A stretch of DNA of 64,000 nt from the NCBI GenBank assembly GCA_905178155.1, contig CAJINV010000007.1, positions 1-64,000 on the forward strand. The letters run 5' to 3'. Positions 36,101-46,988 of the stretch are shown one piece after another. Both the position numbers and the translations under genes were made by a program. Below the pieces are notes generated by a model. That model was given only the letters and a program-made list of their open reading frames with translations. It ran no database searches and had not been told where the DNA came from. The DNA is from Amoebophrya sp. A120 (taxonomy: Eukaryota > Protista > Dinoflagellata). Positions within the stretch are counted from its first letter, which is position 1; each line of letters starts with the position of its first letter.

Positions 36101-38324
36101 AATAGGGTCGGAGTACAAGTCTGTCATGCAGAAACCGAGTTCGTACTTGTGCGGGAAATTTCCCATGGATACAAGTGGAACGAAGACGATAAGCATGAGA
36201 AGCTGCGGCACCATTACATCGCGGCGGAAATGGACAAAGAAAAGCGGAAAGAAGAAATCCGGAAGATGTCGGAGGCCGAGATCGAAGAAGTGGACAAAGA
36301 AGAGAAGCGGCCGCTTATTATCTGTCAGCGGGAAAGCGGATTCTACCAGGCGGTGGAAGCGGACGTGACGAAGCGGTACCAGAGTGAAACCTTCGACGCA
36401 ACCAAATGGCTTCCCGCCATGTGTAACCGGACGAGCCAGCAGGTCGGGCAGGAAACGCCGCCGGAAATAACGGTCAAAGGACGGCCAAAGCCCGCAAGTG
36501 CAGTGCTATTTGCGCGGTATTTGCGGTCGCGGAGAGCGCGGGTGCGCGAGCTGCGGAAGGAACGCAAAGAAGCAGGTGTTGCGGAGGGCGAATTGAATGA
36601 TCTGAAGCTTGCGGTGGAGGAAGATGACGATACGCAAGACAAATTGTAGAACAGCCCTGCTTTTGCGTTCAGATTTTGTATTTGTGATTGCATGACACCC
36701 TGCGAAAGATACGCTTTTGCTTTTCGAGAACAGCAGCAACATAGCATGACAAGCTGGCACCAGATTTGTCCTCTTGGAAAACACGAGCACAGCGCTTCCG
36801 TGATAGCAGACTTGATCGTGCTGAAATACAAAAGCAGGGCGCTCTACAAGTTTGAACGGCATACGCGAAGATGAAGAGCCGGTGGAGGATGACGAAGATC
36901 CCAGCAACGACGCAGCGGCTCTCATCCCCGAGGAGGTGGCGCAAGGACGGGACGTCTGCGCCCTGTTATCGCCGTTTGTGATCACCAGATTCCTGAATAC
37001 CAAGACGAAGCAGTGGGTGCCGTTTCTAGTCTCCGACTGCGTATTGACGCCCGCCAGCTTCAAGGCAATCAAGCTGCTCTACACGGGGAAACCGGAAGCG
37101 TGGCACAAAGCGACGCTCTACACATCCCACAAGGACTACCTGTTCTCTGACAGCGAGGTTACCGACTACGACCTCGACACAATCTCCGAAATGTACACAT
37201 TGGAGATAAAGGACGCGGATGATACAGGCCGTGTGCGCTTGTATTGCGGAAAGCAGGCGCAGCTGCTGAAGCCCGGTGGTCCGAAGGTGAAAGCGGGGAA
37301 GGTGGAGGAGAAGGTGATCAAGGAGGACTGGGCTTCTGCTACCAACGAGCAGAAGGCCGCACAGATGGATCAGCTACAGAAGTTTTTGCAGCCCGTTTCC
37401 GACGCTGCTTGTGCACCAAAGGCGAAGGACAAGATTTTCGTGATCCAGGAGAGCAGAATGGTGGCGCTTCCGGTCCGCGCGGAGGAACTGGATCCGCAGG
37501 CAATCCGCGTCGAAAAGGAAACCCAATCTGGTAAAGCGACGCAAACACAGTCGAATCTGGAAACGCAGACGGGATCGCAGGCTACCGCGAAGTCGACGAT
37601 CGAAATTTCCGGCAAGGAGTACAAGCTCCACATCTCCGCGCGACAAGAAACCATCAATCAGTTGGAACCGATGAGAATTGATGGCTTCAAGATAAAGGAG
37701 GCAAGCTCCGTCTCCGACCGCAAAACCGAAGGGCGAGATAGCATCCGGCTGCAGATTTTCGCGTTGGAAAAGAAGTTGAAGCAGAAGCTGGCAAAGCAGA
37801 TCTTGAACCCGAACATTACGTGGCACTGCCAGTCGAAGGGGCAGACCTTGGGGCGCGGTATGCGATTCGACGAAGCCGACGGTCCCCGCTGGACTGACAC
37901 GTGTTTGTCGGTGTGGGGTGTGCGCGCCCGTTTTATCGCCGAAAAAGCTGGCGACAACACCGACTACGAGCGGAAATGCAGTGATGAAGACGTCGAAATC
38001 CTCAAGCAGCAGCACAGCCTGTACATGAATGACGTGCACCAATGGGCCCAGACCCGCGCCGGTGGCTGCACAACGAAACTGAAGGAGTTGGAATACGAAA
38101 TGGAGATTGACAAGCGCGCGCTGCAGTGCCTCGATCCGCGGAATACTACCAGCGAGTGGCTTGACTTCCGTGACGCCACGGAAGGGGAGAAGGACATCAG
38201 TACCAAGTTGGTCGAGCGGCAGAAGGAGAAGAACTCCAAGAAGAATAAAGGCGGCTTTCTGCCCACGGTTCCGGAAGTGGAGTACGAAGCTGCTGTGGAG
38301 GTCCATGTGCCGGCGATTGCGTGA
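33187..38324 (+). CDS. hAT-like DDE transposase with long C-terminal extension (multi-exon, roughly 1200 aa or more)
   Basis: Motifs in hAT order: YLLCD (D1), PATDSGG (D2), RCKNHQAAL (CxxH), PVWTRWLT (RW) and TTRNCEKR (putative E). GT-AG introns at ~33910-34018 and ~35012-35109. Removing introners 35451-35752, 36021-36171 and 36631-36863 links ORFs 35053, 35759 and 36852 in frame. The segment 34310-34755 is unresolved. Confidence 0.72.
35451..35752. mobile_element. TIR introner within the transposase gene
   Basis: TAT...ATA ends; AATAGC at position 22 from both ends and a shared GCTTGCTTTCAT; removal plus 5 nt gives HTKTVKGGMKS in frame. Confidence 0.72.
36021..36171. mobile_element. TIR introner within the transposase gene
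   Basis: TACGCAATACAAATTTCCTGC...GCGGGAAATTTCCCATGGATA; perfect direct repeat CAAGT. Confidence 0.8.
36631..36863. mobile_element. TIR introner within the transposase gene
   Basis: TACGCAAGACAAATTGTAGAACAGCCCTGCTTTTG...CAAAAGCAGGGCGCTCTACAAGTTTGAACGGCATA; removal plus 5 nt gives DDEDEE in frame. Confidence 0.85.
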
Positions 38325-38419
38325 TGGAGCGACGGCGTACCTGATAGAGTTTTATTTGTAAACTATGAACAAGAATCTCAACTCTCTCTCGTCTCCGTTT
38401 TTTCTCCTGAAAAAGGAGA

Positions 38420-38720
38420 TCATTTTTGAGACCAAAAAATGTCCTCTGAATAACTTTTGAATATCTTTTGATTTTTCAGTTTCGAAGCAGCAAAGTGAAA
38501 AAGATTATCTTTTTTTGAGCTCTCTGAATATCTTTTTCGGAGAGCTCTGTTTATCTTTAGGCCGATGGTATACTCGGATTTCCAGCACCTTCTGAATATC
38601 TTTTTCAGAGGCTTCTGAATAACTTTCAAAAGATATGTAAATGGTGCTTCACTACCTCCGAACCTACTCACTTTTTGAGCTCTCTGAATATCTTTTTGGA
38701 GTCAAAAAATGTCTCGTTTT
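38420..38720 (+). repeat. AT-rich dispersed repeat cluster (TCTGAATA(T/A)CTTT)
   Basis: About 5-6 copies of the motif plus two copies of CAAAAAATGTC just after the transposase stop. Confidence 0.75.
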
Positions 38721-38905
38721 GGATGATCGTTTCTTCTAGAAAAATCTAAGTTAAAAGAAGCTCTCTCAGACAACGCAACTCTTCTTGCAAAAGGTAGACT
38801 AGGAACTAGCAAAATGCCTTCCTGTAGTAGTGTAGTACTGCCAGCGCGCTTGCGTGATACCAGCGGAGCCGACGACCATGGACTACCTGGAATGGACCTT
38901 TGACC

Positions 38906-39052
38906 ATGGAAACCTTCAACGCGCACGGGTACTACTCCACCTACTGCGCCTCTGCTGTTACCGTGGGCCTCGTGGACTTTGGTGCGTACTTGACGTTGGT
39001 GACCATAGCCGCGTACTTGCCGTTGCTGGTGTTGCGCGGCGTGCTGGCATAG
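38906..39052 (+). CDS. Possible 48-aa hydrophobic micro-protein
   Basis: METFNAHGYYSTYCASAVTVGLVDFGAYLTLVTIAAYLPLLVLRGVLA*; mostly G/C-ending codons within AT-rich flanks. Confidence 0.35.
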   Translation: METFNAHGYYSTYCASAVTVGLVDFGAYLTLVTIAAYLPLLVLRGVLA

Positions 39053-39866
39053 TTATTAATTGTAGAATAAATAGAATTTACAACAAGACTGCGAAAGCAT
39101 TATAGTAGGTTGAAAGTAACATAAGAACAAGTAAAAAAGTACAACACACGCATGTAGTAGAACATACACAACAGACATTGGGAAAGCATACACGGCAAAG
39201 ACCGTCCTTGACTGATATAGAGCAGAAAACAGCCTGCAGTCGCATACAGATTTGCTTTGTACAGGAATAGTTTCCGGGTGTGAGCACGCAATATGCATGA
39301 CAAACACCACGAAGAGAATTAGTGTCTCATCATCGCGACGCAGGAATAGGGAACATAAGCACAAAAGTCCACACGTAGAATGGAAAAACAACATCTCTGT
39401 ACCTCTGGAGTCTTGTGCTCCGCTGCTGGTCTGAGTGCCATCTTTTCCGTTCATTTCGTATCAACACTGCTAAGGACGAGCGACCTGATGTTAGTTATGG
39501 CTACTTTGCTTTGATATCACATCTCGCAAGCACTGAGCTGGATCTCAATTGATAGCTCTGAAAAAAAAAGCACGAAAGCGCATGTGTAACAGTGTCGGTT
39601 CTTTGTTTATGAATTTGAGATGAGGAGGCGCTACTGAACTCCAGCAATTCTTCTTTTCAACTTGCTACTACAGCAATTCTTCTTTTTCCACGCACCAATC
39701 GGCCCACAAGAAATCGCGTTTTTTTTTGCCTAGAATAGCGATGACCTTAAACGGGCAGTTTTCACTTTGCACTTCTAATCAAAACCGTAGGGAGAAAAAC
39801 TTCAACAATTTTTGCGTGAGGAAACTCAACCTTCTCTGAGTTCCTCTTCCTTCTGAAAAAGCAATA

Positions 39867-42800
39867 ATGGCACTGCGTCGTCAGCCGACCGACCAAGTCG
39901 CCCAGGAGTTTGTCCAACGGGCGCAGATGGACGTATAATTTTTGGTACTTGATGCGTTTTTCTGATGCAGAATTGATGTTGCTTTGGAAACAGATGACTT
40001 ATGGACTCTTCAGAAATAAACTGAATCTACATCAAATACAGCCCGACGCTACCCTCCTGGCCGCGATTGAACACGTCTATCGTCAAGAAGGCCGCGTGCG
40101 TACTCGGTTGACTTCTCGTGTGCAGTTTTTGAGCCGCCTCGACAGCGAGCAGATCAACTCGCAGCTGTCGTGTCCGTTTGAGCAAACATATGCATTACAA
40201 ATTACCCCTGCGCTTCACTCTTTGCATGATGATAACGTCGCGATAAAAAACAGCTGGTCATGCGTGATTGTCATGCGTTACGAGCATAGTTTACACCTTT
40301 GGCGAGGCTGTGGCGCAGCGCAAGTTTCCCTTGCGTACTTTCATTGCCCGCCACATGCTCCGCCTGCCCGGACCGGTGAAGCTGTGCTTGCACTCGCGCA
40401 CGGACTACCTGCACCGCGAAATCATGACCATGACCACCCGCGATTTTAACGGGATCACTCCCGTCCAGGAGTTACGTGTGGCCGTATTAATGCATGAGTT
40501 ATTTGCTTCAAATTTGCGTCGATAAGAGCGCGTTTTTCTGCGCATGCAAAAAGATAGATCTGTCATGCAAAAAGCACCACTCGATGTGATGAATTCGTGA
40601 AGTGTTATCGACATGAACAAAAAACCACTACAGAACCACCTTGTGGGTCGTTATCAATCCATAAGTGATGAGCAGTCGGCGGCGCGTGCTCTCGCTTCCT
40701 GCGCGAAGTTAATGCCCCTGTTCCGCTTCGAGGCCAGCAAGGTGCAGCTGGAGATGGCTGCCGTCCACGCGCTGTGTCAGGGTTCCTTGTATCGTCGCGG
40801 GAACACCCAGCAGACCCGCACCTTGTCCGACTTTTCTGCCTGGTGTCAGTACCTGTTTTGCAAAGAGAGATTTTTGATTTCTAGGTGAACAACAGATGCT
40901 CCTGCATGACATGCAACGCCAAAACTCCTTTTAGAAATGGAAATTTGTAACGCAAAAAATGATACCGTAACAGGGCCCAGGGTCGCGGTCGCGCCTACTG
41001 CACCGGTGCTACTCCGTTGACCGAGATCAAGGAGAACTGCGAGTTGATCCAGGGTGCCTTGTTGAACAAGCAGGTCCGCCAGCTGGAGACCATCGCTGTG
41101 AACGACGTGCTGGGAGCCGGTGACCCGGATCAGCCCCAGACGGTCCAGGAGCTGTTTTTCGAGAAGATCTCCGAGGTACAGTATAGTGAGTGCTTTTTCT
41201 AGAAAAAAGTATCAGGCTTCTCATGCTTTCCGTAAGAGGATCATGCCAGTCATAGGAGGAGAGAGAGATGCTTCTTTTTGAGACAGATTTGCACGCTTTC
41301 GCGTACCTTTGCCGCGTATAATTCTATCTTTATCATTTCAAAACTCCATACCTTCAGGTGCTAGAGAAGGCTGCCACGGATGAGTTGTTGATCGTCGTGA
41401 AGAATGAGATCAAGGAGTTGCTCCGTACTGGCAACCCCACTGCCACGGACATGTATGTGAGTGAGAACATAAGAAGGTCACTTGAGATATGATGCTCGTG
41501 CTTGATAACCTCGTGTCATGGTGGCCATGCGAAGACATGCGTGGAATTTTGAGCTTTGTCATGCAGAAACAGAATATCTTAGAGCTCGGTCAGCTGTATC
41601 GGTATTTCGAACAAAAAAGCTCGCCAGACATGCACGTAAATCGAGCATCATAGCCCATCCCGCCTTCTCCACTTTTGCTTGCATAATCTCCAGTCGGTTG
41701 AGCGTGCGTTCTCCACGTCCCCGTGCCCGGAGATGTTGTACTGGAACGCTGCTGCCGCCGCGCACTCGTACATGGGCGCTTCGGATATCGATGACCTGGT
41801 ATGAAAGTGCTTCTTTTTGAATTGTAGAATCAGCGATGCCAAAGCGTCTTCATTACGACCTATATTCGCACGCTGCGTTGCTGTTCAAAAATCCGGAGCA
41901 GTCGTTGTTTCTTTACGCATGCAGGACGACAATTTCAAAACTTAAACACAACTATAAATAACAACAGCGCCAGATGTGGTTTCGTACGTACTTGACCAAC
42001 GTCATCAACTGGATGGGCCGCGACTCCGGTCCGCACCCGGTCTTGCAGTGCATGGACACCTTGATCACCCGCGTTCAGGAGGGGTTTCCGAAATACCAGA
42101 AGCTTCCCCAGAACACCTTCTTGGAGATGACCGGCCGCTTTCGGAGCCAGCTCCTCGCCATGGACCAGAACCGTACTGATGGAGAATTTTCCACGTTGAA
42201 GGGGCAGTTGACCGCCATGACGACTACCTGCGAGAACGCCCTTCCGTTCGACCAGCGCGATGGGATTCTGGAGATGTCCGGCGTCAGCGACTTCTTCGTG
42301 AACTTCCCGGTCCCGGATCGCAGCCCGGTGAAGCCGTTGCACGACTTGTGTGTCATGATCTGCAACGTCTTCGTCAACGGGCCGGAGAACCTGAACATCC
42401 AGAACATCGCCCGCGATGCTCTGACGATGAAGAACGAGTACGATCAGAAGTTCGTTGTGGCGTTTCCCTCCATGATCGACGCCGCGCAGGGATTGCTCAC
42501 GGCTTTCGTGAAGATGATGCAGTCCACGGAGGAGGGGGCGCTCCGGACGCACCTTTCCAACGGCACAATAAGACTAAGAGCGAAAAGATGATGTTGCGAG
42601 GGAGGAGTGTTGATTTTTGACGCGAGCGCTACAACCACTCAGAGGCGCGTATGAAAATCGGTCCCGTGCATACAAGTTTCAATTTCAACTACACAAAACT
42701 ACTCACAGGTCAGTACGACCAGGCCATGGCGGAGCTCAACCGCATGGAGCTCCCCATGGCGTTCTTGGACATGGACGTCCGGCAGCGTCTTTACAAAGAG

Positions 42801-43004
42801 ATCGAGAGGGAGCGTCCCGTTGCCGGTGCCGCCAACGCTGCCGGTGGTCCCGCGGGGAACGGTGAACCCGCGCCCCAACGACGACGCATCAACATCAACT
42901 TGCGCCAGGCCGTGCCGCAGCAGCCCGCTGCCCAGATTGGTGCGATCCCGAATCCGGATGATGATCCCACGCTCAATGCGGACATTGCGGAAGTCGACGT
43001 GTGA
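39867..43004 (+). CDS. Multi-exon cargo gene of unknown function inside the large element
   Basis: MALRRQPTDQVAQEFVQRAQMD then a GT-AG intron then PDATLLAAIEHVY; further GC3-rich exons in ORFs 40268, 40613, 41017, 41974 and 42651, separated by AT-richer CATG-motif introns; ends IAEVDV*. Confidence 0.7.
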
Positions 43005-44371
43005 TTTTGCTATTCAGAATTAGAAATAGTACTGTCGTCAAAGTAGAATTGATAACCACGCGTACCGCGCTGGCACCTGTATGATGATGATTACACCTCG
43101 GCACTCTTTTCCTTTGACTTTCGACTATACTATACCTGAGAAGGGGCAGTGGTAAATCTGCCATGCTTAGTGGCCTTCTTCTGTTTCTACAACAAATGCA
43201 CAATTCCACTTTGGCCATCAATTTTCGATGATAGAGTTTGTTGTATGATGTAACAGCACAAGTGATTTAAGCCCCTACACTTTGCGCACGGGGTGCAATT
43301 TAGTAGGAGTTACTAGTTTGAGTGAAAAGCCGTTGGGTTCTAGTGACAAACATATTCCAGCACTCACATCGTGGTGGAGGATACAACTTCTACACAGGGG
43401 GTCGAGAGTCTAATTGTAAAAATTATTATTATTGATTTTTTTAGTGTGGAGGTGTGAGTTTCTGATGACTAGTTCTGCACTGTACATAGAGTTTTGCAAT
43501 TCGGAATTGGTGTAAAGCCAGAGTCTGAATTGTCAAATTTCACTTTGGGGTTGGAAAAGAAAAATACAAACGCGCTACACATTCTAGGTCGTAGTACTTT
43601 TATTGTTCGCGTTACACATGGCACAAGCAGCACAGGTCGGTGGAAGAATTCGGTGAAAGAACTTGGAAACTCGGTCGAAAGACGCGCGCACATGAAGGCT
43701 TGGTAGTGATGGAGTCGGAGACTCGGTGTGAGTGTGTGTTTGTATGCCAGAGCTGGCAAGCGTCGTCGGTGTGCCCGTAGCTGCGATAGTGAAAAGGCTC
43801 GTGGTGATGGAAAAGGGGACTCGCGAATAGAACAAAAGAGCCGCTAGCTCTCACATCGTACACACACTCTTCTATGCTAATCGTCCTTCATAGTAGCAAC
43901 TCAAACCAGAACGCTCTTAGACCAGTTTCGCAATCTCAGCCGCTTCTCAAAAAAAAACGATCATCTTGTATACGTAACTTCACAACTTCGCAAAATCTCG
44001 CTTCTACTTCACATCTATCACAAGAAAAAACACAATCTTCACATCTACAGCGTACATGCTCGCGTCATACATAGCTTTACACTTTTTACATTCAGACTTG
44101 TAGCCACACATGCACACTTGCTGATACAAAATGGAAGCCGCCTCCCCGGGCGGGATATAAGTTCGGGCGTATTGCAAAACTGGCAAGAGATCGCGCGCAA
44201 AGAAAGAAGTTCTTACTCATGCATAGGTGCGTAGTCCGTTCATACACATACACGGTTGCTCCGTCCGATCGATCTGATTATGCTTTTCGTGTGGACATAC
44301 AAACACACTGCAGGTGCGACTAGTACTACACAGCTACCAAAACACGCTTAACGCAGCTCCCGCTGAGCTTT

Positions 44372-45050
44372 GCGATTGTGGCGAAGGGCGATTGTGGCGA
44401 AGGGCGACTGTGGACCGCCCGGTCGACGGGCAATTGTGGATGTGGCGAAGGGCGACTGTGGATGTGGCGAAGGGCTGTTTGGAAGAAGGGCGATTGTGGA
44501 TGTGGCGAAGGGCGATCGTGGATCCGCCGCCGACAGCTGCGATTGTGGACGCGACAGTGGCCACTGCGGGTGGAGCGTGGAATGCGAGATGCGGGTGGAG
44601 CGGCCGACGCGAAAATGTGGATGCGACAGTGGCCACTGCGGGTGGAGCCGTGGATGCGAGACGGCGGTGGCGCGGCGACTGCGAAATGTGGATGCGGCAG
44701 TGGCCACTGCGGGTGGCGCGGTGGACGCGAGACGGTGGTGACACGGCGGCTGCGAAATGCGGATGCGGCAGTGGCCACTGCGGGTGGAGCGGTGGACGCG
44801 CGATGCGGGTGGAAGTGCGGCTGCGAAATGTGGATGCGGCAGTGGCCACTGCCGGTGGAGCGGTGGACGCGAGATGCGGGTGGAGCGGCCGCTGCGAAAT
44901 GTGGAAGCGGCAGTGGCCACTGCGGGTGGAGCGGTGGATGCGAGACGAGTGTGGAGCAGCGGCTGCGAAAAGTGGATGCTGCAGTGGCCACTGCGGCTGT
45001 CGCGGTGGATGCGACATGCGGGCGGAACGACGGCTGCGGAATGTGGACTG
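44372..45050 (+). repeat. Right subterminal arrays: TGTGGCGAAGGGC repeats, then 7 x ~71-bp units with a palindrome
   Basis: CAGTGGCCACTG at 44555, 44627, 44698, 44769, 44840, 44911 and 44982 (period 71-72). Confidence 0.93.
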
Positions 45051-45600
45051 CGAATGGAGCCTCCAGCTGTAGCTCTGCTACCAACGCGTGGAGGCGTGCT
45101 GCTGACGGGTGGATGTGGATTGCGGATACCAGCGTGCTGGCGACGCGCAATCGCAACTGCGGACGGAGCGGAGACGGGACGCGGAAAATACGGCGCTCAC
45201 TGCGACGACAGCGGGGAGCGGAACTGCAGACACGACTCAAACATATGCGGAATCTAGTTTACAGTGAGTATTGTGAAGCTTGCATGAGGTGGTGGTTCTC
45301 TCTGATCAAAAAAAAAAGCAGGTGGCGAACACAAATCCGAACGGCGACATTTACGGGCGACGACCATCATCGCGTTGTGCTTTTTCTAATCACAAAAAGC
45401 TCAAATTGCGTGCGTAGACTTGTAGTCTGCGGCGATGCGGGCATGATGCCTAAACAAGAACACCTTCGCGAGCCGGCGATCCCCACCTGATGTTGGTTGA
45501 GGTGGGAGGCCGGCCAGTTTGGTGTTCGCGAAAAAAATACTTTCCAAAGAAATCCGGAAGAAATCCGAAATCCGGGGCCCATCAGAGCGCGGCGGCGCCA

Positions 45601-46620
45601 AGAGATCCTGCAGGAATTCCCTGGCCCATCGCAGCGCGGTCACCGATTCCAAACGCTGCCGCGCCGGCGTGGGAGGGCGCTCGACCAGCCAGGCCGGCCC
45701 CGCCAATAGACCCAGGCGGGAGCCTGGCTGCCCCAGAAACAAGGCCGACCGGGCCGGGCGCCGCCGCCTAGCTTCCACCGGCCTGCGACCCCGAAGCGCG
45801 GCCGGCCGATCGAAGGTGGCCACGCCGGCAATGTCAACAAATGGGCGCAGGGCGGCAAGCGGGGGGGGCCCTAAGCACATAGATGCGCGCCCCCCCGCGA
45901 ACACTGACTCACTGCTCGCGGAATCCGGCCCACGAATCTGATCCGGCGCCGTGTGTGTCGCCCCTTCTGGGAGCACACCGCGCCGCCGCGCGCCCATTTA
46001 CGCAACAGCCGGAGGCGCAACACCTGCGACCTCGATATGAGTGCGCCGCCGCACCGCAGGGCGCCCGCGTGTGCAACCCTTTCGCCGGCTTGCTTCATGC
46101 CTTTTCTGGCCAAGCACCCACCCCACCCCGGACCGGCGGCATCCACGTGCCCGGTGCACTGCCCGCCCCTCCCCTTCCTCTGATGCTTCACAAGCTTGGC
46201 CCCACTGCTCCCGCGTCATATCGCCCCACCTTGCTTGGCTCGTCAGCGGGAAGGAAGCGCGCAAGCGCCGGCGCTTTGGCGTGCCCGCCTACGAGGCATC
46301 TCCGCCCTAGTCTTGGGGGGGTCGGATGGGTGGCGGCCGGAGTATGTGGCCACAAAAGCCCCGACCCTTCAGGGGGCGCGTCGTCGCACAGGCCCCACGC
46401 GCGGGCTCCCTGCTGCCTTCGCCTTCTTGCCTGCGCGGCGGCGCTGCCACCGGGTGCGTCCCTGCTTGCTAGCCGCATCCATCGGCTACGTATCCGGCGC
46501 CTGTCCTCTTCGGTAGGCTTCCCGGGGTGGCAGCGCGGGCGCTAAGGCTTTCACGCCCAAGCCTTGGAGGCCGCGCGCCAACTGCACGGCAGGGCAGGGC
46601 GCCGGTCGGAGCTCGGAAGT
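45601..46620. other. GC-rich island, right part (flanks the large element)
   Basis: GC-rich composition resumes immediately after the right inverted repeat. Confidence 0.6.
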
Positions 46621-46988
46621 GGGTCATTGTGTATGCTAGTTTGACACCCGAACAGAGGTTGCACCAGAGAAAAGCTCCTGAAGATTTGCGAACAAAATTT
46701 TGAGCCGCTATCGACCCTGTGCACATAGGCAGTGGCTAGCTCTGAGTGCGTTCGTCGTGCTCATTGGCTATACACACGACAGCAACCTTCGCGACAGAGA
46801 GACGATTTTTGGAAAATGTCTTTCACAAAAAACTGCGAGGGGTTTTCTTCATCAAAATCCGTCCGCGCACCCTGTCTCTGTTGCTTGGGTACAAAACGCC
46901 GCGCATTTCTATTCTCTTTCGCCCAAATCCAAGCCACCCTCGGCCTTGCAAGAGCATCAAACTCTTCCACCTCCACGACCCCATCTCG

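Larger units (their letters stand above)
31543..45600 (+). mobile_element. ~14-kb TIR DNA transposon (hAT-like) with cargo gene; exact ends uncertain by tens of bp
   Basis: Perfect 27-bp inverted repeat CGGATTTCTTCCGGATTTCTTTGGAAA (31589-31615 / 45541-45567) within ~75 bp of looser inverted similarity; candidate 8-bp direct repeat AGAGATCC at 31535-31542 and 45601-45608; subterminal arrays; transposase-like gene; genes on the strand opposite to all host genes. Confidence 0.8.

Noticed and set aside
37374-38306. Long antisense ORFs (also 22920-23912 and 41935-42552)
   Set aside because: They are shadows of codon-biased genes on the opposite strand.
44555-45000. CRISPR-like array (palindromic repeats at regular spacing)
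   Set aside because: The intervening sequences are homologous to one another rather than unique spacers, there are no cas genes, and the context is eukaryotic.
44314-45490. Long ORFs in several frames over the 71-bp array
   Set aside because: They are a by-product of a stop-poor GC-rich tandem repeat, and the translations are periodic.
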